A stretch of DNA of 64,000 nucleotides from Octopus vulgaris (taxonomy: Eukaryota). Location of the stretch: contig OX597817.1 of NCBI GenBank assembly GCA_951406725.2, positions 8,308,001 to 8,372,000 of the forward strand. Direction: 5' to 3'. A program made the translations under genes and the position numbers. Within the stretch, counting starts at the first letter, position 1. Each line of letters opens with the position of its first letter. The notes beneath the pieces are model-generated. The model was not told where the DNA came from and made no database searches. It saw nothing but the letters and a program-made list of their open reading frames with translations. This document shows positions 12,880-26,792 of this stretch, piece after piece.

Positions 12880-12932
12880 AATCGTTACAGTTGAAAAGGT
12901 CTCAAAATGACCGAAACCGGTACTGAAAGATT
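12880..12932 (+). ncRNA. Minimal type I hammerhead ribozyme, U3-A8 variant
   Basis: aatcgttacag-TTGAAAA-ggtc tcaaaat gacc-GAAA-ccgg-TA-ctgaaagatt; predicted cleavage after A12922 (GUA). Confidence 0.7.
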
Positions 12933-12974
12933 CACTATAAAATTATCTTAGCATTTTCTATTTTTGACTTGCTT

Positions 12975-13030
<56 letters not shown>

Positions 13031-13448
13031 ACATATATACGACGGGCTTCTTACAGTTTCCTTCTACCAAATTCACTCACAAGGCTTTGGTCGGGCCGAG
13101 GCTGTAGTAGAAGACACTTGCCTAAGGTGCCACGCAGTGGGACTGAACCAGGAACCATGTTGTTAATAAGCAAGCTGCTTACCACACAGTCACGCTTGTG
13201 AGAAATGCTGATAAATAAATTATGCAAATAAATACATTTTTTGGAGTCGTGTTTAGCACTGGTAAATCCTCGACCATGGTGTTGTGTAAGAGTACCCATG
13301 ATCCATATCACAATGAGTTGGTTTCCAGATGATGACTTGGCTGTTTGTTATCCCTATATTTTACAGGCAGAGTCTGGAATGTTGCAGCCGCCTTGCTGCA
13401 ATCATATTCGTCACCTAGAGGTAATCATTGTGTTCTTGCCTGATGCTG

Positions 13449-13466
13449 AACAACAACAACAACAGC

Positions 13467-13509
<43 letters not shown>

Positions 13510-13546
13510 GCAGCAGCAGCAGCAGCAGCAGCAGTAACAACAACAA
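13449..13546. repeat. (CAA)n/(CAG)n microsatellite
   Basis: Read directly. Confidence 0.9.
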
Positions 13547-14559
13547 AAGCAACATTCTCCTCCTCTTCCTTCCCCTTCTCCGCATGGCGAAAGAGGCTGC
13601 GTAGTGGACGCTTCTGAAAGGTTTGAGGACATGCAACAATCATTATCTGTCCAAGCTCTCGTCAGCTTCTTCAAATATTTGAAAAGGATGTTGATGGCAG
13701 CGAGGAGATACTGTCTTCTAGTGTGTCTATCGAAAGGTGAGTGAGAATGGCAAGACTTGGAGAATTTGAATAAACCTACATTGATATACTTTTGAAAGAA
13801 AGAGGAAAGAAACTGGGAAAAGTAAATGTTGATGCCTTGGAGACGGCACGGCTTTGCGAGCTTTTCGCGTTGGATTTTCTCCAATTACCCTCAGTGGACT
13901 CCTTCGTTAATGGGGATTCTTTTCTTGCTGAAATTTATTGGTTTTTAGATTTTGTTGTCATATCTTTTATCATTTTTTAAGATTCATTATCATTGCTACA
14001 CATTCCACACTTTGTGTGTGGCCAATAGGAAATTTGTTTACCAACCTCATGCTTCCAGGTTCAATCTTACTACGCGGCAAGTGTCTTCCACTTGGGTGAC
14101 AAAAGTCTTATATATATATGTAACTTGTATGTGTGTGTGTGTGTGTGAGTGTGTGTGTATGTGTGCATGTGTGTGTGCGCGTGTGTAAGACCAAAGTCTT
14201 ACGTATATGTATGTAACCTGTATGTATGTGTGTGTGTGTGTAAGACCAAAGTCTTCCACATATATATGTAACGAGTATGGACAGGACTAATTTAGCCCTT
14301 TCTCTGTAGATTGAAGTAAATGACGGACAACCTTAATCGACCCAGAGAAACAAGCAGTCAATCTGTTTATATACTCAATAATTATAGAAGCTACCGAAAG
14401 CTGGAGTTTTGCGAAACAAGTATCAACACTTTTGTCAACGGGAATCTTGGTCTACACAGTATCAAGATATGATATCATAGTTGTAACTTATATAGTACCT
14501 TTATAGACAGGGCTAATTTAGCTGTTTCTCTGTCGTCTAAAAGAATGATGAACAATGTC

Positions 14560-14692
14560 GGACTTCTTTCAGGTTCCGTCTACCAAACCCACTCACAAGG
14601 CCCGAAACCATACTAGAAGACATTTGCCCATGCCGTGGGACTAAAGCTGAACCGTGTGGTTGGGACGCAAACTTCTTACCACATAGCCACGG
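14560..14692 (-). mobile_element. Diverged SINE family A head
   Basis: cttctttcaggttccgtctaccaaacccactcacaagg...cttcttaccacatagccac. Confidence 0.7.
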
Positions 14693-15774
14693 CTCAAATC
14701 ACGGCTCAAAATCACGGCTCAAATCACAACGATATCGACTTTGTCTTTCATTCCTTCGAGTTCGTCACAATGAGTACATGTTATGATCCAAGGGCTTTTT
14801 CTAATCGACGACTCACTCTTCCTCTTAATGTGTGTCATTCTGTCTTTGTAAGAAATTATTATTTGATGATACAAAATCATAGTAATTGGATTTTCCATTT
14901 TGTTTTTTTTTTGCTATTTATTCGCGAAAGTCACCTCATGCTCGTTATTTAGCAGGTTGAACGTCTGTTTAATATGAGAACGAAGTGGAAAGTAGCGTGG
15001 GAAGAATTTCAGTATTTCGAATGGAAAGCGAAGTTATTTAGCAATTTATTTAACTTGGAAATATTGTCGTAGACGATATATACGCACGGTTATGTAAATA
15101 GATAGGCAGATAAACACACAGATGCGTAGATACAAAGCAATTATATGTTATTGATTTCCCTTTCCGTGCTCTCCTCTCTGCATGTGTAGGAAATATATGT
15201 ACATATTTATTTGTACATATGCATGCACACACAGACATATCAACACGTGCGTACACAGACGCACATATATTTATATACTTACACACGAACACATGCATCT
15301 ACACACGCTAAAACACATATATATGTATAAGTAAAAAAAGAACAAGAGAGAGATAGAGAGAGAGAGAGAGAGGTAAGGGCAGGGTAGAGAGATACATCTA
15401 AATGCAGAGTGGCAGAGAAAGAAAGGCTGACAAAGATATATACACAGACAATGAGAACGTTAAACAGAATCAAAGAAAAACATATATAGAGAAGAATATG
15501 TAGTCAAATAGACAGGTCCCTCACTTAACAGTATCTTTTGGAGACTGAAACCATGGTGCACCTTTACTAGATTTGAGCTCAGACTATAGAAGTACGGAGC
15601 AGATGCATTTGAGCCGGTTCTTTAATATTTCTGACAATTCAATTTATAATGATCAGTGTGGAGATGGTGTACTGGAATCGGGGTTTCATATTCCAGGTAT
15701 CTCGGCTCTACGTTTGATCCAGAACTGCAGGTCAAAAATAGGAGCTGTGAAAAGGCGTAGTAAACAGACGGTTA

Positions 15775-16805
15775 TCTCTATCGGTCTTTCAAAGAAGCCA
15801 AATTGTTGGTGCTCGTATGGCGGGTGCTAGTGAAACGAAAACAGCTGAAATATTTGGTGTATCAAGAAGTATTGTCTCGAAAGTAATGACAGCACTTGAG
15901 AAAGAGGGAAAAACCTCCTCGTCGAAACAAAACTCTGGAAGAAAACCAAAACTTTCAGATAGGGACCGTCGGACTCTTATGCGAATTGTTAGAAAGGATC
16001 ACAAAAGTACAGCCCCCAAAATCATTGCAGAGCTTAATGACCACCTCGAGAACCTAGTTTCCACAAAAACTGTTCGCCTGGAGCTGCACAAAACCGGATT
16101 TCACGGGAGGGCTGCAATCAGAAAACAAACGTTGCAAAGCGTTTAGAATAGAGTAAAAACCTACAGAATTGCTCCCTAGAGCAGTGGAAGAATGTTATTT
16201 TCTCGGACGAGTCATCCTTTACCTTATTTCCAACTACCGGCCGAGTATACGTGTGAATCCTTCTTCCAACTATTAAACGGAGGAGGATCTGTAATGATTG
16301 GGGGGGGGGGTATATATTGGAAATCCACCGGCCTAATGGTTTCCCTTCATGGCAGAATTAATAGTTAAGACTGTTTAAGTATTTTATCTGATCAAATTCA
16401 TCCTATGGTGGCGAAATTGTTTCCGGAGGGAAACGCAATCTTTCAGGATGATAATGCACCAATTCACACAGCTCCAGTTGTTACTGAATGGTATGAGGAA
16501 CATTCTAGTGAAGTTGAACATCTGATCTGGCTACCACAGTCCCAGACTTCAATATGATTGAAATTTATGGGGCATTTTAGAAAAACAAGTAAGGAGTCAA
16601 TGTCCCCTACCATCATCACTACAAGAACTGGAGACTGTTTTAGCTGAAGAATGGACAAAAATTCTTTTGGAATGTATTCAAACTTTGTACAAGTCCATAC
16701 CTCGTAGAATTCAAGCTGTAATTACTGCCAAAGGCTATCCTACCCCATATTAATATAAATTTGTTTGAAATTTTAAGGTGTTTCCATTATTTTGTCCAAC
16801 CCCTG
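15775..16805 (+). mobile_element. Tc1-like DNA transposon, decayed transposase with right TIR
   Basis: FQRSQIVGARMAGAS...SGRKPKLSDRDRR (paired-like HTH), WKNVIFSDES, FQDDNAPIHT, frameshifted SPDFNMIE; ends ccattattttgtccaacccctg followed by TA. Left TIR not found. Confidence 0.9.
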
Positions 16806-17006
16806 TATATAGATAGATTGATTGAAATAAAAACACTCAATGAAAGGGTTGATTTATTCAGAATATTAAGACAAAAATCACAGAACTCTCGAGTCGAGAT
16901 CTGACAATGTGAATCACATAGCTCTTTGAAAATTATATTGTACATTTACACACACATACACAAACCCATACACAGAGACGTGCGCGTGCATATATATATA
17001 TATACA

Positions 17007-17167
17007 CGACGGGCTTCTTTCAGCTTCCGGCTACCAAATCCAATAGTAAGGCTTTGGTCGACCCGAAGCTATAGTGGAAGATACTTGCCTAAGGTGTCAC
17101 ACGGGGTGACTGAACCCGATACCATGTGGTTGGGAAGCAAGCTTTTTACCACACAGCCACACCTGTG

Positions 17168-17169
<2 letters not shown>
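17007..17169 (-). mobile_element. SINE family A head
   Basis: cgacgggcttctttcagc...accacacagccacacctgtgcc. Confidence 0.8.
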
Positions 17170-17215
<46 letters not shown>

Positions 17216-17217
<2 letters not shown>

Positions 17218-17570
17218 CAAAAAGGGACAACAAAACATCCAGATAGACGATACAAAGGAAACAAGGACGGGTCATTCGAAGTTTTCTTTCTTCAGTCAAG
17301 CACCAGGTTATCCTCGCAATTTCGGCTGATTATTCTTGAGATTGCTCCAATCTGGCCAGCCCCAAGGAAAAACTAAGCTAAGAACATTAGATTTCTTGGA
17401 AGAAAGCAGCGAATGTATACAAAAACAAGGACGGAAAAAACGGCCCATGACTGAAGAAAGAAAACTTCGAATGACCCGTTCTTGCTTTCTTTGTATTGTC
17501 TATCTGGATGTGTTGTTGACCCTTTTTGTATCACCTAGCTGTCCGGATGTTTTGCGTTCTTGTCCCATTT

Positions 17571-17574
<4 letters not shown>
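17216..17574. mobile_element. Foldback element in (TA)n, probably Penelope-like
   Basis: 17216-17298 is the reverse complement of 17448-17530 (the ORF track gives [23 protein letters not shown] on both strands); a partial extra repeat follows at 17531-17574. Confidence 0.65.
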
Positions 17575-17620
<46 letters not shown>

Positions 17621-17623
17621 TAG

Positions 17624-17658
<35 letters not shown>

Positions 17659-17661
17659 TGC

Positions 17662-17714
<53 letters not shown>

Positions 17715-17739
17715 TAGCGGCGTACGTACACTTTGTTCT

Positions 17740-17801
<62 letters not shown>

Positions 17802-18294
17802 TGTATGTATGTATGTATGTATGTATAGGCACAGGTGTAGCTCTGTGGTTGGGAAACAAACTTTTTACCTCACAGCCACACCTGTACCTATGTATATATA
17901 TGTGTGAGTGTGTGTTTATAGGCATACATATATGTAAGCATTTATACATGCATATTCACACGTATACATACGCTAATGCTTATATTTTTTTATACATGGA
18001 TACATTTCACATATTTTCTCATATATAAAATATCCAGAATATTTGAAAGACAAGATGAGAAGATTAAGGCAAAATGTGAGGGATTAAGTGGAAGAATAGA
18101 TTTAACAGATTAATGCAGACTTACGTAGAAGAGAGGATAAGGTTCTAGGAACACAGAAGAATGATGACATCAAGTGATGGGGAAGAAGGAAGAGAGAGAG
18201 AAAGAGATGGGGAGAGACAGTGAAGGAGTGAGAAAGAGGAAGAGACAGAGAGCGGGAGAGAGTGTCAGAGGGAGAGAGATAAGTGTGTATCATG

Positions 18295-18370
<76 letters not shown>

Positions 18371-18409
18371 CAGATCTCCTCTCCCCTTCTCTGTGTATGT
18401 ATGTGTGTG

Positions 18410-18454
<45 letters not shown>

Positions 18455-18460
18455 AGTTTG

Positions 18461-18492
<32 letters not shown>

Positions 18493-18529
18493 TAAATATG
18501 TATACGTGCATATGAAAAATACATATATG

Positions 18530-18572
<43 letters not shown>

Positions 18573-18665
18573 GCATGTATGTGCATTTATGTACGCATGC
18601 ATGCATGTATGTATCTATCATTATATCTATCACTCCCTCCCTCTCTCTTTTTTTCTCTCTCTCTA

Positions 18666-18701
<36 letters not shown>

Positions 18702-18840
18702 CACACACACACACGTGTGTGTGTGTGTGTGTATGAATGTATGTATGCATACAAATGCATGGATACATACCTGAGACACACATATAGAAAATGCATACGC
18801 ACAGACATACACAATCACACAAATAAAGTAACATCCCCCC

Positions 18841-18871
<31 letters not shown>

Positions 18872-19366
18872 CATCCATCCATCCAGTATGTGTAGATACA
18901 TAAAGAGATATGAGGAAGGAAGGAAGGAAGGAAAGGAGGAAGGGAAGAATGGAGGGACGGTGAGATTGTATGGTTGTGAAATGAAGTAAATAAATGAAGG
19001 TGACAAATAGGCCGTCTATCTCCAGCATGCTCTTCCATTTGCAGCGAGAATCACCGGAAAAGGTATAGACAAAAGCTACACACTCTGTTTCTCCCCTTAT
19101 CTCAACAGCCCCTTTTTTTAGTTTTTGTTTGTTTTGTTTTGTTGTCTTTTTTTTTTATATATTTTAACCCTGTCCTCTGTACGAAGTAATGGCGGTTTTG
19201 GTGAGAGCTGAGTCATTTTTTCCAGTGGTGGCGTGTTGACATAAGCTCGCACAAAGCATTCCGAGCCGACACACTCAGCAATGGCGGCTGTGTGCCACCG
19301 ATGGTCTTCATCCCCCCCGGCTTCATCCCGCAACATCTTACCCCCACCTCTGTCTGTCTGTCTCTT

Positions 19367-19424
<58 letters not shown>

Positions 19425-19669
19425 ACTCTCTCTCTCTTTCTGTCTCTCTCATCGCTTACCAACCTACCTACCTACCTACCTACCTACCTACCTACCTACC
19501 TTCTTACCTACATATCTGTCTATCGGTCTGTCTGTCTATCTGTCTGTCACTCTCTCTGTCTGTCTCTCTATCTCTCTGTCTCTCTCTGTCTCCTTCTCTC
19601 TCCCCCGTTTGCCTCTTTTCCCTACTTTTTCTCCACCGGCCGGTTTCCACCTTTAACTTTTGCACTCGC

Positions 19670-19712
<43 letters not shown>

Positions 19713-20189
19713 ACTTTCTTTCTTTCTTTCTTTCTGTATTTTTCTTCTCCTCACCCCTCTCTCCATCTCCACCGACCATCGCACTTCGGTTATTCCATGG
19801 GCTATATGGACACACACTTCATGTAACTCGGTAAACTCACAGAGAGAGAGAGAGAGAGAGGCACGCATACGAAAACTATTACATATGGTAATTGGTACAG
19901 ATACGCACACAAGTATATAGATTGATGTCGTATATAAACATTTATCTCCACGAACAACCCAGCACATGCGTACAAATACAAACAAACATTCATACATACA
20001 TGCATACATACATGCTTGCATACATACATGAACACATATAAGCACATGAAGAAATAATCAGACAGGTACACATGCATACATATATGCACTTACACTTTAC
20101 ATACCGACCCACATCTTACCTGCACTAATATACCCCCGCACAAACACACTCACTCACTCTCACTCACTCACTCACTCACATATGCACAC

Positions 20190-20190
20190 A

Positions 20191-20250
<60 letters not shown>

Positions 20251-20298
20251 CATCCATCCATCCATCCATCCATCCATCCATCCATCCATCCATCTATC

Positions 20299-20387
<89 letters not shown>

Positions 20388-20414
20388 CCTACCTACCTAC
20401 CTACCTACCTATCC

Positions 20415-20449
<35 letters not shown>

Positions 20450-20486
20450 CATCCATCCATCCATCCATCCATCCATCCATCCATCC

Positions 20487-20523
<37 letters not shown>

Positions 20524-20560
20524 CCTACCTACCTACCTACCTACCTACCTACCTACCTAC

Positions 20561-20603
<43 letters not shown>

Positions 20604-20627
20604 ACTATCTATCGATCTATCTATCTA
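20190..20627. repeat. (TATC)n/(CATC)n/(TACC)n compound microsatellite
   Basis: Read directly. Confidence 0.95.
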
Positions 20628-20640
20628 TGCACATAGTCTC

Positions 20641-21018
20641 TTATTCTTTTACTTGTTACAGTCATTTGACTGCGGCCAAGCTGGAGCACCGCCTTTAGTC
20701 GAGCAAATCGACCCCAGGACTTATTCATTGTAAACCTAGTACATATTCTATTGGTTTCTTTTGCAGAACCGCTAAGTTATGGGGACGTAAACACACCGAC
20801 ATCGGTTATCAAGCGATGGTGAGGAGGGGGAGACAAACACACACACACACAAACATATACATATATAAATATTTACGACTGGCTAATTCACTCAAAAGGG
20901 TTTGGTCGGCCGGAGGCTATAGTAGATGACACTTGCCCAAGGTGCCATACAGTGGAACTGAACCCGGAACCACGTGGTTGGGAAGCAAATTTCTTACCAC
21001 ACAGCCACGCCTGCACCT
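20641..21018 (-). mobile_element. SINE family A, near full length, diverged
   Basis: Tail, short linker and head all present. Confidence 0.85.
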
Positions 21019-21046
21019 ATGTATATATATATGTGTGTGTGTGTCC

Positions 21047-21155
<109 letters not shown>

Positions 21156-21297
21156 GGTGAAATAGACATCAGAGATGCCTTGCCCCAGCAGAAACTGCAG
21201 GAGCTACTCGGAGGCTTTTGCCTGCTCTTCTAAATCTATTGCTTTACACTGCACACACACAAAGAGGTCACTCACATATCACACTTTATTGGCACTG

Positions 21298-21373
<76 letters not shown>

Positions 21374-21649
21374 TAAAACGTGACCATTAATACTCATGAA
21401 ACAATTATGTACATGAACCTGCTTTGAAATACGTAATAGGTACACGTACAGAGACACACGCAGAAGTGTGTGTGTTTGAGTGTGTTTTCTCTGTGTGTGA
21501 GTGTGTTTTCTGTGTGTGTGTGAGTCTGTGTGTGTATGGAGTTTGGCCGTCTCTCCAGCTGCTCTTATTATATTCATGAGTTCTTCGGAATGTCTTGAAT
21601 AGATTCCTAGAAGTAATATTTTTTTCTTTTATTCGAGGGGGGGGAATGT

Positions 21650-21992
21650 TATGTCATCGTTGCAATCGTTACAATCGTCATCACCATCGTCGTCATCATC
21701 ATCATCATCAACATCATCATCATCATCATTGCCGGCATCGCTACCTCCATTGTCACCTTACCACCACCACCACCACCACCACCACCACCACCATCCTCAA
21801 CACCAAGGTCTTCCTAATCCACCGTCGTCAGTTATACGACTACTACTACCACTTTCACCACCACCACCACCACCACCACCACACCAACACCCCTACCAGC
21901 ACCTCTACCATCATCACCACCGCTGCCGAAGCCTCCGCCGCCGCCGCCGCCGCCACCACCACCACCACCACCACCACAACCACTACCATCGC

Positions 21993-22026
<34 letters not shown>

Positions 22027-22271
22027 ATCGTCATCGTCGTCGTCATCGTCATCGTCATCATCATCATCATCGTCATCGTCTCATTATCATCATCGTCATC
22101 GTCATCATCGTCATCATCATCATCATCGCCATCGTCGACGTCGTCGTTGTCGTAATCATCATCACATCCTCATCGTCATCATCATCATCATCGTCATCAT
22201 CATCGTCATCGTCATCGTCGTCATCATCGTCGTCGTCATCATCATCGTCATCATCATCATCATCATCATCG

Positions 22272-22321
<50 letters not shown>

Positions 22322-22379
22322 GTCATCATCATCGTCATCGTCATCGTCATCATCATCATCATCGTCGTCGTCGTCATCG

Positions 22380-22450
<71 letters not shown>
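21650..22450. repeat. (CAT)/(CGT)/(CAC) trinucleotide low-complexity tract
   Basis: Read directly; gives the poly-S/D/H/M pseudo-ORFs. Confidence 0.9.
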
Positions 22451-23286
22451 TATACGAAAATGCATGTAACCGCAAATCCTCAACGTGGTACTTCTGTCAG
22501 AGTCCTTAATGTTTTACACATCGACACATGCAATCTAGTAAAAAAACAAAAAGTAAAAAAAATTATACTTATTGCCCGCTCTTGAGGCAAATATTGAAAT
22601 CATTGTTGATGTTGATGCTGCTGCTGCTGCTGTTATTACCGCTACTGCTGCCGTTGTTGTTGTTGCTGTTGTCATTATTATTGCTGTTGTTGTTGTTCTT
22701 CTTACCGCTATGGCTCATACTCAATGATTGATTTCCAAGACAGTCGTCTACAAATTAGCAGCGTGGAGCCCGTTCCTGAGTTCGAGTCACCAAGTCACCG
22801 TCGTCTTCATTGTGTGTGCGCCAAGCACAGAAGAAAGACAACAAAAATCCCCACAAAAAACCCCCACAAAAAACAACAAAACAAAAGACACATGATTACA
22901 GACAACATGGAAATATTCCTATTTATTTATTCATTTATTTATATATCTTATTTATTTAATTATTGCTTTTCTGTATTCATTTTCTTCTTTACTTTCGCCG
23001 TGTTCTTTCATTGTTGTAATTAAATATATCAAAGCAAATGAAAATTGGAAGTTTTGTCATTCCTGGCTCTTGGATCACGACAACTGTCAATATGGCCTCT
23101 GCCTTTCTGCTTCGCCTTCTTCGCTTGTCACCCTAACCCTACTCTTCATACCTTTATCTCCTGTCTCCTGTCTCGCTTCCTCTCCTTTCTCTCTTTTACT
23201 CTCCCTTTCACTCTATGACTCCCCCCTCTTGGTACGTTACCTGTGTTTCTTTGTAAGCATGTATGTATATATATGTATATGTGTAC

Positions 23287-23317
<31 letters not shown>

Positions 23318-23408
23318 TGTATGTATGTATGTATGTATGTATGTATGTATGTATATATATATATATATATATATAAATGTACGTATGTATATATGTATGT
23401 GTATGTAC

Positions 23409-23457
<49 letters not shown>

Positions 23458-23495
23458 TATAACTACGTATGTAGATATGTATGTATATGTACGTG

Positions 23496-23528
<33 letters not shown>

Positions 23529-23597
23529 GCATACATATACATACTTATACGCATATATATAGGTGTATGTGTGTATATATAAAAATGCATAGATACA

Positions 23598-23633
<36 letters not shown>

Positions 23634-24423
23634 TACATATGACACATGCACCGCGCACATATGCACAGAAAGGGAGAGAGAGAGTGAAAGATAGAGAAAG
23701 CGAGAGAGAGAGAAATTCGGTCATGTAAATTTATGTATAGACGTGTGTATCCGTGTGTGTGTGTGCGCGCACACACACACACACATGTACATACATATGT
23801 AACTTGTGTGTGTGAAGGTATACCAGTCTGCAGAACTCTAAAAATGTTCATTTTCATCCATTTTTCTCCCACCCTCTCCTCATTCTTTGTCTCTTCATCA
23901 CTTATTCTTTCGTTTCCCCTCCTATGTTTCAATATTTCTCTATATTGTTCCTTTGTTTTCCGTTTCCATTATACCTCAATTTCTACCTGTCTGTCTGTCT
24001 GTCCGTCTCTCTTTCTCCCTCCCTCCTTCCCTCTCCCTCTATCCCGTCTAGTTTATATTTCTTTCTCCTCTATAATTCCACCCTCTTTAATATCTCATTG
24101 CGTTTCTCCTCCTATTGTCCCCTCAATTGCTATTTCTTCATAAATCCCTTCTCTTCCTTTTTCTGCACCCTTTCTATATCTGTTTCAGTCCCTTTTCTGA
24201 CCCTACCCGTTTTGCATTGTCAGCCCTCACACTTTTTTTAAAAATTCTTCTTCTTTCATAAGATTAATTTTGCTTTTCTCTGCGTCGCCTCTGTACTTCA
24301 CTATCTTTCTTAGATCTGCCTCTGTGTTTGTACTTCTGTGTATATGTATGTTTGTGTGTGTGTGTGCGTGTGTGTATGTGTACATACACACACATTTACA
24401 CATGCATATACAAACACATACGC

Positions 24424-24540
<117 letters not shown>

Positions 24541-24650
24541 CATATGTGTGAGTGTGTGTGTACACTCATGCATATATGTATACACACACACATATACATA
24601 CATATATATACTCATGCGTTTATGAAACACGCACTTGCTCATATATGAGT

Positions 24651-24739
<89 letters not shown>

Positions 24740-26316
24740 ATAAATATTTGTCTTTCTCTAGCTCTCTATATCTCTATCTTCAATTCATAGACCTTGCTGT
24801 GCGTGTTTGCATATGTATGTGTGTATGTGTGTGTGTGTGTGTGTGTATAAATATGTATGTATCTATGTAGTTATATATCGTTGTGTGTCCGAGCGTGTGT
24901 ACATACGTACGTCTGTATGTGTTATAGATAGATAAACAGATAGTCTTTAATTCTCTTTTATGTCTCTCTTTCTCATTCACTATTCTCCTTCAATAACCTT
25001 CTTCCCACTCTCATTCTCAATACCCAAAATCCATTCCACCCAACCCTTCATTCACCCATTCATTCCGGTAGAAATTTTACTCCTATCTTTTCCGCTACTC
25101 CTTAATATTTCCTCCCCCTCAGCTCCTTCCCCGTCCATAAACTTTTCATTCTCGAATTGATCAATCTATGTTTATCCCCTTTCCTTTCAGCTAATCTTCT
25201 TGCTAATCTTTCTCTTTATTATCCTCAAATATTTGAAAGTCTATTAATTTATCACTTTATTTATTGATTTAATTATAGTTTCCTTCTTCCAAGTATTTCC
25301 CTCCCGAAATATCAGTTATCTATATTTGCGTGTCTCCATGAATGGATGTGTTTTGCATTGTTTCTCTCTTTCTACATCTGTCAACATTTGTCAGTATGTC
25401 TGGCAATCGATATAGTTCCCTTTCACTCTCTTATCTCTCACTCTTTCCCGCCATCTCACCCTCTATTTTATCTCTCCGTACCATCTATAAGCATATTCTA
25501 GAACGCCCGACCCGCACTCCACCACACATTCATATACAGTTGATATAGAAAGTGTTATTTTAACAATATCTTTATATCTATTTGTAAAATTGGAAAAGCA
25601 CCGAGGAATCATCTATGCGGTCTCGCAAGTTGCTAGAAGTAGCAGTTAAACCTCATTGTAATCATAGTTGAAGTCGTGAAGTTTGCAACTTACACATTTG
25701 CAATCAAATTTATAAATCCCATTGATCATTAGCAACTTGTACTAGGGTTTACATACTTAGGTTTTGTATTTGTTATTGACATGAAGGTTTTAATCTCAGT
25801 GATTTAGTACTATATTACTAGTGTTAGGTGATGATTTGGTGAAATGCATTTTGTATTCTGTTTTATGAAGAATTTTGCTAATGAGTTCATTTTATTCTAT
25901 AGCTGTTATGCGGTTATACATTTTATGCTGTCTGTAATAGGTGTAGCCCCTGTTCTATTCATTGCATTATATCTGTGCTTATATTATTCTATGATTTGTT
26001 CTATTTCTTTATTACAAAACCTGTAATGGATGAGTTTTTTTTCAGTGGAATTTTTTTATCTTGCGTTTCGTTTGCAGAGGAGAATCTAAATGTTGTCTTA
26101 AGTAGGAATTTCGCTACTGGCATTTTACATTTGTGTGGACAATGACCGTCTCCACGTAACTAATATACAGTTATTTGTGCTTTTGATAAAAACGAATGTG
26201 ACATAATATCTGATATTGTCTATCTGCATGTTTTCGCAAAGAAATGGAGTCATTCTATTATTAAGGGTTTTATTTGTTGTTCTAAATGTTGAATTTTAGT
26301 AAGGAGACATTTTATA

Positions 26317-26792
26317 ATAGGGGCACAGATAGTGTGCCTAAAGCCAGCTGGAGACGATGATCTCCTGGGGCTAAAAGCTAAAGTAACACCCACCTTTTGT
26401 GGTTAGCCATATTGAGATGGCTAGTATACTTTACGTTGTCCTGCAGTTACTGTTTACATCTCGTTCAGAGATTTATTATTGCTTGCAGACAGTTTTTCGA
26501 AATCAGTGACGGAAGTTACTAGAAAAACACTTAAGTATTTGCATACAGGTCTTCCTTTTCTTCGTAATCCGGTGATTACCGCCCGTTGACAAGAGGCATC
26601 TACCTCGAAACTGCGGTCCGTGCGTATCACTTAGGCTTACGAGAGAGGGATGACCTCCCTTTGCAAATACCATAAGGGCACAGAAAGTGTGCCTAAAGCC
26701 AGCTGGAGACGATGATCTCCTGGGGCTAAAAGCTACAGTAACACCCACCCTTTGTGGTTAGCCATATTGAGATGGCTATTATACTTTACGTC
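26317..26792 (+). mobile_element. Retrozyme-like element: ~1.3 copies of a 355-nt structured unit with a hammerhead, 11-bp TSD
   Basis: 26321-26436 recurs at 26676-26791 (4 mismatches in 116 bp, period 355); gacattttata at 26306-26316 and 26793-26803; hammerhead at 26580-26624; no meaningful ORF. Confidence 0.8.
26572..26630 (+). ncRNA. Type I hammerhead ribozyme, U3-A8 variant
   Basis: gtgattac-cgcccg-TTGACAA-gagg catcta cctc-GAAA-ctgcgg-TC-cgtgcg-tatcac; predicted cleavage after C26618 (GUC). Confidence 0.8.

Larger units (their letters stand above)
12697..12985. mobile_element. Foldback (inverted Penelope-like terminal repeats) in (TA)n
   Basis: Near-perfect ~115-bp inverted arms around an AT-only spacer; each arm holds a hammerhead. 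Confidence 0.75.
11641..13196 (-). mobile_element. SINE family A split by nested insertions in its linker
   Basis: Tail half at 11641-11840 and head half at 13038-13196, same orientation, separated by (TA)n, two foldbacks and another SINE. Confidence 0.65.

Noticed and set aside
13241-13884. Poly-Q ORF and a possible exon ending at AAG|GTGAGT (~13737)
   Set aside because: No recognisable protein or convincing acceptor and frame; may be a decayed retroelement but I cannot assign it.
21595-22483. Poly-His/Ser/Asp ORFs
   Set aside because: Trinucleotide repeats open in several frames on both strands; no domain or splice support.
26321-26791. LTR retrotransposon/TRIM interpretation of the 116-bp direct repeats
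   Set aside because: No TG..CA termini, PBS or PPT seen; the 11-bp TSD is longer than the 4-6 bp typical of LTR integrases; the internal hammerhead fits a retrozyme better.
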